Part shown: one piece after another, positions 53,585 to 60,413 of the stretch | Position numbering within the stretch: the first letter of the stretch is position 1 | Layout of the letters: every line of letters begins with the position of its first letter | NCBI GenBank assembly: GCA_031416075.1 | Contig: JANOSY010000008.1 | Span: 1 to 60,413 of the forward strand | Direction of reading: 5' to 3' | From: Candidatus Tenderia sp. | GTDB taxonomy: Bacteria; Pseudomonadota; Gammaproteobacteria; Tenderiales; Tenderiaceae | DNA length: 60,413 nt | Made by a program: the position numbers and the translations under genes | Notes under the pieces: generated by a model | Told to the model about the DNA's origin: nothing | The model's input: only the letters and a program-made list of their open reading frames with translations | Databases searched by the model: none

Positions 53585-55225
53585 TCACACCTTAAACTGC
53601 ACCACCATCGCTTTAAGACGATCAGCCATTACTGCAATATTGTCACTGGCATCCCCTAACGAGAGCGCCTCACGTGCTGTTCCCTCAGATATTTCGCTCA
53701 CCTCTAATACGTTGCGGTTCATACGATCAAAAACAGAGAGCTGCTCTTCAATAGAGTTTGATATCTGTTCATTCATGTTGGATATTGTATTTACCCCCGC
53801 CGCAATCAGCAGCAGCGAGTCACCTGCCAGCGATGCCTGGTTCGATGTTCCCGTCGCCTTCTCCTGCCAGCGCAACATCGCCTGGGCAGCACTGACCGAT
53901 CCCGACTGTACTCGCTCAATCACACTGCGTATCTCCTGGGTTGACTCCTGGGTTCTTTTGGCAAGTGTGCGCACCTCATCGGCCACCACGGCAAAACCTC
54001 TGCCCTGATCACCTGCACGTGCCGCCTCTATCGCTGCGTTTAATGCCAGCAAATTAGTTTGATCGGCTATGCCACGAATCACATCCAGAATGCCACCGAT
54101 GCTCTCACTGTCCTCCTCAAGGTCCTTAAAGATTGTTGCCGTTGCATTAATAGCCCCCACCAGCTCATCGACCGAGATCAAGGTCTTTTGCACCATGCTG
54201 CTCCCTTTTGCGGCCTCTTTATCTGTCTCTGCAGAGGCGTCTGCGGCCACATCCACATCATGAGAGACACTTTTTACCGACTCTGTCATGTGTGTCATCG
54301 CCATTGCCAGCTGATTGATGCGTTCACGCTGTTTGCTCATGGCAATGTTTGTATTTTTAACAATGCTGCCGGTACGAACAGACTCCTCCGTCAACGAGTA
54401 GACAGAGTTAGATACCTCTGAGATAGCATTATGAATTTTTTCCATCACTTGATTAAAATAGAGACCTAATCTATCAAGAGAATCTTGACCATGAACAACA
54501 ACACGCATGGTTAAATCAGCATCACCTTCAGCAATATCTCTAAATCTCTCCTCCAATGAACTCAGCCTGCTGGCAATAAGAGAACGGAATAAAAAATGGA
54601 CCAGTAGTGCCACCGCACCGGCAATAATTATCATCATCAACGTCATACTGGCTAAAGAACTGACAATAGAGCTGCTCAGCCCATCTGCCATCGCCTGCGT
54701 CCGTTCCGAATTTTTACTCTCTGCCGCAGCAATATATGTATTGATCGGCTCTCTGTTATATCCAATAGTGACATTACCTAATACTGCCCCTTCATAAACA
54801 ATCGGCTGTACAATTAACAGCTCTTCTCCGAGCCCTTCTTTGTTGCCTGTTGCGGCAAGTTCTTTACCATTTTTATTTGAGATAGAGGCGTAGGCTATGG
54901 AAGGGTCATCAGCAATGACATTGACATAATCAGATAATACAGATAGCTCAAATCCTGCCACAGCCTCCGGAGAGATCTGGGCAATCAATTTGGCAGATTG
55001 CAATATTCCTGACCGCTCCCTCGCCTCACGCTCCTTAATCTGCTCCGAAAACATATCTGCCACTACATCACGGGAATTTTCTAACATGCCTTCCATGGCA
55101 ATACGCTGCTGCCCAAGAATAACCAATGCACCCAATGTAAAAAGCACAGCCAATCCTAAACATATATAAGCTGTAAATTTTCCTGCTACATCCAGGACAC
55201 CTAATTTTCTAGTAACGTTACGCAT
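53585..55225 (-). CDS. Methyl-accepting chemotaxis protein
   Basis: Two TMs, [41 protein letters not shown]. Confidence 0.95.
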   Translation of the reverse strand: MRNVTRKLGVLDVAGKFTAYICLGLAVLFTLGALVILGQQRIAMEGMLENSRDVVADMFSEQIKEREARERSGILQSAKLIAQISPEAVAGFELSVLSDYVNVIADDPSIAYASISNKNGKELAATGNKEGLGEELLIVQPIVYEGAVLGNVTIGYNREPINTYIAAAESKNSERTQAMADGLSSSIVSSLASMTLMMIIIAGAVALLVHFLFRSLIASRLSSLEERFRDIAEGDADLTMRVVVHGQDSLDRLGLYFNQVMEKIHNAISEVSNSVYSLTEESVRTGSIVKNTNIAMSKQRERINQLAMAMTHMTESVKSVSHDVDVAADASAETDKEAAKGSSMVQKTLISVDELVGAINATATIFKDLEEDSESIGGILDVIRGIADQTNLLALNAAIEAARAGDQGRGFAVVADEVRTLAKRTQESTQEIRSVIERVQSGSVSAAQAMLRWQEKATGTSNQASLAGDSLLLIAAGVNTISNMNEQISNSIEEQLSVFDRMNRNVLEVSEISEGTAREALSLGDASDNIAVMADRLKAMVVQFKV

Positions 55226-55283
55226 ATCGTATGCTCATACTGTAATGACAAATAGTTTCTTTACACCCATTCACATCAATTTT

Positions 55284-56153
55284 TTAATTGGCAAAAGGGG
55301 CAACCTTCAACGCCTTCAACGCGGCTTCCAGTTTATCCAGGCTGATGGGTTCTACAAAACCATCAATGCCGGCCTCTTTAGCTGCACCATCACCCGACTT
55401 AAGCGCCAAAATAGCGGTTTTTACTTTTTCCGCCAGATCACTGGGTATTTTTTTCGATGAAACCATAAACCATTCTGGGTATAGATCTGTACTATGTACA
55501 AATGGCAACTCATCTTTTTTCTCATCAACGATGATGAAATCACTAATGGCTAGCTTCCCTTCTTTCTGCATTGCCTCCAATACACCGGTGCGAACAAACC
55601 CCACCTCTACAACACCCGCTTTCACCGCTAACGGAATATCATCCTGCTTTTTAGATTCTGTAAATGAGGCAAACTCTGATGAATTAACGCCGGCCTGTAA
55701 AACGTGATATGTCTGAAACACCCAGGCGCCCGCAGAGACACCAAACTGATAGGCCATAACGCTTTTCCCTTTCAGATCCGCCGACTTTTTAATACCGCTG
55801 CCACTTTTAGATATGATGGCCCCGGCAAATTTTGGCGTGCCCTTGGCGCTCATTGTAGCTAAGGGTTTAGCACCTGCTTTTTTCATTACAATCACTGCTG
55901 AAACTGGATTTACCAGGGCAAAATCGACATCACCACTCTCGACTGCATCATCTATCTTTGCGGGCGGTAGTGGCACCAGTTCAATCGATTTTCCTACTGC
56001 CGCGCTCATATACCCTGTTAATGCCTCCCATTTTTTTGCCTCCAGCGGTCCACGGGGCGCATTGACACCAAAACGCAGATCGGCAGCATGGCCCGCCACA
56101 GAAAACAGCAATGCACCAACGCCCACAGCCCTTAACCAGATATTTTTACGCAT
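55284..56153 (-). CDS. PhnD-like periplasmic binding protein (phosphate/phosphonate-binding fold)
   Basis: Signal peptide (GHA|ADL), W..L..Y.....G, VDFALVNP, DLKGK, ST.LYPEW; no permease or ATPase adjacent. Alternative start 56165. Confidence 0.8.
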   Translation of the reverse strand: MRKNIWLRAVGVGALLFSVAGHAADLRFGVNAPRGPLEAKKWEALTGYMSAAVGKSIELVPLPPAKIDDAVESGDVDFALVNPVSAVIVMKKAGAKPLATMSAKGTPKFAGAIISKSGSGIKKSADLKGKSVMAYQFGVSAGAWVFQTYHVLQAGVNSSEFASFTESKKQDDIPLAVKAGVVEVGFVRTGVLEAMQKEGKLAISDFIIVDEKKDELPFVHSTDLYPEWFMVSSKKIPSDLAEKVKTAILALKSGDGAAKEAGIDGFVEPISLDKLEAALKALKVAPFAN

Positions 56154-56230
56154 AGATACCCTCATATACTTACAGTCATTATTCGGCGCTTATTAACAAA
56201 ACTTAAATAAGCAACATTCATCACTAGGGA

Positions 56231-56258
56231 GTAACGGCGGAAGGAGGTTTTTTCTTTA
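56231..56258 (-). promoter_or_regulatory. Possible sigma28 promoter for binding protein-MCP
   Basis: Minus strand TAAA-N16-GCCGTTAC. Confidence 0.45.
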
Positions 56259-56422
56259 AACGGGGAGAGGCTATTTGTATTACAGCGCTAACAGGTCTGT
56301 TATGGCGGGGGATCAAAAAGTGGAAGGGGGGCTAAATCACCAACGGGGCCGTTCAACCATCCAGTGTATTAATCAGCGTGGCAAGCCTGGCTATCATGCG
56401 TGGAGATGCCCCTATATAAATG

Positions 56423-56449
56423 AAGGGGGTGCATCACACACCCCTTTTT
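56423..56449. terminator. Hairpin after the DUF455 gene
   Basis: AAGGGGGTG-loop-CACCCCTTTT. Confidence 0.5.
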
Positions 56450-56459
56450 ACACAAAACG

Positions 56460-57263
56460 CTACGTTACCTTTGGCAAGAGATGAAACGACGCCAATTCGG
56501 CAGCAGTAAACCCTGCCTGTAACCGGGCCGCCTCATTAAACGGCCCACGCATATTGACCCGGTACTGCTCAATCAGCCCGGCAAAGGTTGTTTGCACATT
56601 CAGGCCGTGCTGATCGCAAAAATGTTTGAACCAGTACGACCCTATCTCCACATGAAAAACTTCATCATGGAGAATGGTCTCCAGGACGGCAACACTCTTC
56701 TCATCACCCAGGTGATGCAGTTTTTGAATCATGCCAGGGGTGACATCCAGCCCACGCGCCTCCAGCACCCTGGGTACCAGCGCCATGCGCACCATCGGGT
56801 CGAAGGCGGTTTTGGCTGCCATCTCCCACAGTCCGTTATGGGCGGGCAGATCGCCATACTCGTAGCCAAGCTCACGCAACCGCTGTTGTAACAGACCAAA
56901 GTGGCGCGCCTCTTCATCGGCCACCCGCACCCAGTCATGGTAGTACTGCAGTGGCAAATCACGAAATCGATAGGCGGCATCCCACGCCAGGTTGATGGCA
57001 TTAAATTCGATATGGGCAACGGCGTGCAGCAGCGCCATACGCCCCTCTGGGGTCCCCAGCCGCCGTCGCGGCACTGCACTCGGTGCCACCAGCACTGGCC
57101 GGTCGGGCCGCCCCGGTTCAGCGATGGGTTCTGGAGGTATCGCCGACTCTAATGACAGCAGGCCATCACGCCACGCCTGCGCGGTTGCATGGGTTAGCGC
57201 TAACTTCTCCTCCACACTGGTGGCGGCAAGACAGGCGGCAACACGTTCAAAAAGGGTCTCCAT
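56460..57263 (-). CDS. Ferritin-like DUF455 protein
   Basis: LLHAVAHIEFNAINLAWD, DEEARHF, AHNGLW, VLEARGLD, DEVFHV..G..WF. Confidence 0.9.
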   Translation of the reverse strand: METLFERVAACLAATSVEEKLALTHATAQAWRDGLLSLESAIPPEPIAEPGRPDRPVLVAPSAVPRRRLGTPEGRMALLHAVAHIEFNAINLAWDAAYRFRDLPLQYYHDWVRVADEEARHFGLLQQRLRELGYEYGDLPAHNGLWEMAAKTAFDPMVRMALVPRVLEARGLDVTPGMIQKLHHLGDEKSVAVLETILHDEVFHVEIGSYWFKHFCDQHGLNVQTTFAGLIEQYRVNMRGPFNEAARLQAGFTAAELASFHLLPKVT

Positions 57264-58957
57264 TACTCGCCCCCTTTCTGACCATCAGCACGCAAATCCT
57301 GTAGCGCTGTCACCATGCGCTCAACTAACACTGGCCACGGTTCACCCAACTGCTGCCGGAACAGCCGCGCGCTGGGATACCACGGCGAATCTTCACGCCC
57401 TAACAACCAGCGCCACTCGGGGGATGAGTAGATCAAGATCCAGACCGGTACACCCAGGGCACCGGCGAGGTGGGCCACGGAGGTATCCACCGTAACCACC
57501 AGATCCAGATTGGCGATGACCGCCGCTGTCTCATCAAAGTTGTACAGCGCCGGCCCCAGATCCACCACCCCCCACTGCGCCATCAGCTCACTGCCCGCCG
57601 CCTCATCCTTTTGCAGACTATATATAGTGGTGTCTGGCATTGCGGCCAGTGCGGCAAACGCCGCCAAGGTGGTTGAACGCATCCGGTTGGCCACATTTTT
57701 TGCCGCCCCCGCCCATACCAGACCAACCCTGAACCCTTTTTGAGTAATGCGATCACGCCAGGCGGCCACCCGCCCGACATCGGTTTGCAGATAAGCGCGT
57801 GCCGTCGGAATAGTCTCCAGCGTTGTGCCCATGATATGGGGCAGACTCATCAACGGGATGTGGAAATCAAACGTCTGCTGCAATGCCAATTCATAATCAC
57901 GCGCCACCACCTCAATCCCCGCCATGCGACTAAACAACTCTACCAGCCCCTCCATGCAGTGAAAAATCACCCGCGCCCCCTGCGCCAGCAACAGTGGCAA
58001 GTAGCGGCCAAACTGAATCGTATCGCCAAACCCCTGTTCGGCGTAGACCAAAATAGTGCGCCCGCTTATCGGCTCCCCCGCCCACAATGGCTGAACAAAC
58101 CTGCCCGGCCACATCTGCACCAGCCACTCATCACGGCGGCGACGCCACTCATACTCTTCCCACCCCACGGTGAACTCTCCCAACAGCAGCTGTACCAGCG
58201 CACGGTTCCAGTGGCCATTCACAGATCCCGGCTTTGCTGCCACCAACTGGTTGTAACACTCCAGCGCCTCGGTATACCGCTCCTGTTCGGCGTACAGTAC
58301 CCCCAGGCTCAGCAGATATCCCTCCCGCTCCTGGGGTGCCACCGCAATCAACTGCTGATAACAGTGCAGCGCCTCTTCATAGCGGGACTGCTCCTTATGG
58401 ATATGACCCAGCTCCTGGTAGGCCAGCCCCGCGCTACCATCCAGCTGCAACGCCCGCTCACACAACTCCGTTGCCGCCGTGTACTCCTGCTTCAACCGCA
58501 ACAGCCGCGCCAGGCCGATACAGATTCCCGCACTCGCCTCCTCCAGAGACAACGCGGCACGATAGACCTGCTCCGCCGCCCCCTGATCAGCCAACGCTTC
58601 ATGGGTATGGCCCAACTGATAATAACCATCCAACGATTTTGGTTTTAAAGCGATGTAGTGCTGATAATGGGGCACTGCCTCCTGCAAACGTCCCTGCAAT
58701 ACCAGCAACCGGGCCAGATTCATCTGCGCCTGTGACAACCGCGGATTCAATACCAGCACCCGTCGAAACGCCCCCTCCGCCTCATCCAAACGGCCCAACA
58801 TACCGGCAATCGCCCCCAGATTCAGCCACGTCTCGGCATCCGCCGGGGCCTGGCGGCTGATACGCTCGTACGCCGCCTTCGCCTCCTCCAGACGGTCTGC
58901 CTGCAACAGCTGCCCCGCCTTCTGCTTCGCCTTAATAATCGTATGCGATTTTTTCAT
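57263..58957 (-). CDS. TPR-repeat glycosyltransferase (GT9-like C-terminus)
   Basis: Multiple TPRs, then GWEEYEWR, EQGFGDTIQF.RY, VGLVWAG, DLVVTVDTSVAHLAGALG, WRW...REDSPWYPS.RLFRQ. Confidence 0.88.
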   Translation of the reverse strand: MKKSHTIIKAKQKAGQLLQADRLEEAKAAYERISRQAPADAETWLNLGAIAGMLGRLDEAEGAFRRVLVLNPRLSQAQMNLARLLVLQGRLQEAVPHYQHYIALKPKSLDGYYQLGHTHEALADQGAAEQVYRAALSLEEASAGICIGLARLLRLKQEYTAATELCERALQLDGSAGLAYQELGHIHKEQSRYEEALHCYQQLIAVAPQEREGYLLSLGVLYAEQERYTEALECYNQLVAAKPGSVNGHWNRALVQLLLGEFTVGWEEYEWRRRRDEWLVQMWPGRFVQPLWAGEPISGRTILVYAEQGFGDTIQFGRYLPLLLAQGARVIFHCMEGLVELFSRMAGIEVVARDYELALQQTFDFHIPLMSLPHIMGTTLETIPTARAYLQTDVGRVAAWRDRITQKGFRVGLVWAGAAKNVANRMRSTTLAAFAALAAMPDTTIYSLQKDEAAGSELMAQWGVVDLGPALYNFDETAAVIANLDLVVTVDTSVAHLAGALGVPVWILIYSSPEWRWLLGREDSPWYPSARLFRQQLGEPWPVLVERMVTALQDLRADGQKGGE

Positions 58958-59239
58958 AACCACTCTCAAACCACCCCATCTGGTCTATAGTAAACGGCAG
59001 AAAGCCTGCCACACCATGCACCAATACCACACGTTTAACCGCCCAATATCAGCAAATTCTGACAACCGCGCCAATCGTAAAACAATGTAATACCCCTACA
59101 ATCAATCCTTGAACCATCGAGCCATACACTATAAAGTGCGCGGCACAACGAATAACCAACAGCGCGGGTCGTTTATCGCAACATCATGACACACACTGCT
59201 GGCTAACCTTTTCTCTGCCACCCTCAGGAGCAAAAAACA

Positions 59240-60037
59240 ATGACTGCAAAAAAACCTTTTCACCTCATCCCCACCCTCTTCCTGGTCGCCTCCTTCCTGA
59301 CCATCAGCGCCTGCTCAAAATCTGATACTGATACCGTGCAGGAAGAGACAACCTCCATGGTCGACGATGCCATTAACCAGACCGAACAGGCCACAAAAGA
59401 TGCCGCAACCATGGCCGAAGAGAGCGCCGAAACCGTCACTGACGCAGCCAGCAGTGCCGCAGAAAACATAGAAGAAGGCACCAGTGACGCCGTAGAAAGC
59501 ATAAAAGAGACCACCAGTAGCGCCGCAGAAAGCACCACCAGCGCCGTAAAAGATAGCGCCGCTGCTGCCAGCAAACTGGCCGCAACCACCGCCAAAACCG
59601 TCACCGACAAAACATCATCCATGGCCGCCAGCGCTAAGACCAGCGTTGCAGAAACCAGCGCCAAAGTAGTTGAAAGTGGTAGCAACGCCGTTAAAGCCAC
59701 CACCGAAAAGGCCGCTGAAGCCAAAGCCGCCGTCACCAGCAAAATCGCAGCGGTTGCCCCCGCAGCCAGCAACAACAATCAGGTAGAGATGTTGGAACTG
59801 GCTAAAAAGAGCGGCTGCCTCTCCTGCCACTCAATCGAGAAAAAGATCGTCGGTCCAGCCTGGCGTGATGTAGCCGCCAAATACCGCGGTCAGAGCGATG
59901 CAAAACCCAACATCATCAACAGCATCACCAACGGCAGCACCGGCAAATGGGGCACCTTCGCCATGCCTGCCAACTCGCCACGGGTCTCTGATGAAAATAT
60001 CGCCACCCTGGCAGGGTTTGTGCTCTCGCTCGAATAA
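59240..60037 (+). CDS. Lipid-anchored c551/c552-type cytochrome c with a long Ala/Thr/Ser-rich linker
   Basis: Lipobox ISAC, about 150 aa low-complexity segment, CLSCH haem motif, VGPAWRDVA, WG..AMPAN axial Met. Confidence 0.88.
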   Translation: MTAKKPFHLIPTLFLVASFLTISACSKSDTDTVQEETTSMVDDAINQTEQATKDAATMAEESAETVTDAASSAAENIEEGTSDAVESIKETTSSAAESTTSAVKDSAAAASKLAATTAKTVTDKTSSMAASAKTSVAETSAKVVESGSNAVKATTEKAAEAKAAVTSKIAAVAPAASNNNQVEMLELAKKSGCLSCHSIEKKIVGPAWRDVAAKYRGQSDAKPNIINSITNGSTGKWGTFAMPANSPRVSDENIATLAGFVLSLE

Positions 60038-60064
60038 AACAGCGAGTTCAAACTTCACCCCTTC

Positions 60065-60103
60065 AAAACAGATGGGCGCCCTGCGGTGCCCATCTGTTTT
60101 TTT
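60065..60103 (+). terminator. Rho-independent terminator
   Basis: AAAACAGATGGGCGCC-CTGC-GGTGCCCATCTGTTTTTTT. Confidence 0.85.
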
Positions 60104-60276
60104 GAACGTGAAAATATTTTTCTCATGAATGTAGCCGTTTCACCATAATGCCGCGCAGCGGCTTCAAAACGACGTAGTGTGATAATAAAAAACCTAACCC
60201 CGTTTTTTGCATCCGGCAACGTAATGCGGGCGTGGCATGGCAGACTCCGGCGACTTGAGGACGGACAAGGCAAACT

Positions 60277-60413
60277 AGTGTACTGTAACAAATAGTGTGA
60301 TCATATATAATAGCGCTACTCCTTCCTTATTTTCTGGTGCGCTGACTATGCCTGTCCCCGTTGCTATCTCACTCACAGAAGAAGAACGCCAAGAATTTCA
60401 TCGCTGTTGTCGT
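60277..60413 (+). mobile_element. Probable left end and first 22 codons of an IS630-family element
   Basis: CTAG/TA-flanked end (TAGTGTACTGTAACA) followed by ATG 60348 MPVPVAISLTEEERQEF..., an I.LT.EER start typical of IS630 transposases; cut by the window edge. Confidence 0.5.

Noticed and set aside
57740-58860. 302-aa and 208-aa plus-strand ORFs
   Set aside because: Antisense shadows of the TPR glycosyltransferase.
59260-59778. Hydrophobic 172-aa minus-strand ORF resembling a membrane protein
   Set aside because: Antisense reading of the low-complexity cytochrome linker.

Overview
Probably a gammaproteobacterial chromosomal region (inferred from gene content and promoter types). From left to right: (1) a Type I restriction-modification operon (hsdM-hsdS-...-hsdR, running off the left edge). 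It carries a translationally coupled insert (DUF1016 remnant, DUF4160/DUF2442 putative toxin-antitoxin pair, 56-aa ORF), and hsdM holds an in-frame 102-bp REP doublet. (2) Core genes: hemH, a BldC/Xis-HTH response regulator, NUDIX, hslR, htpG and pgm. (3) An ~8-kb MarR-controlled small-molecule cluster: stand-alone adenylation enzyme, amber-interrupted carrier protein, orphan EctC-like cupin, prolyl-PCP-dehydrogenase-like/transglutaminase fusion, DsbA/FrnE, two SMR pumps, deaminase and a Cys-less isomerase. (4) Stacked ISAs1/IS3/IS30 remnants. (5) A complete ~20.6-kb Afp/PVC-type extracellular contractile injection system (eCIS) with an ops-like leader. It shows no recognisable toxin or lysis genes but is followed on the same strand by a peptidoglycan-binding GH18-like membrane protein, a Cache-domain pentameric ligand-gated-channel-like protein and two exported Ig-fold proteins. 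(6) Two sigma28-type periplasmic-protein/MCP pairs, DUF455, a TPR glycosyltransferase, a long-tethered cytochrome c and the start of a probable IS630. All family assignments come from recognising motifs by eye; no database searches were run. The strongest candidates for undescribed systems are the EctC/transglutaminase carrier-protein cluster and the eCIS with its membrane-anchor/ion-channel tail.
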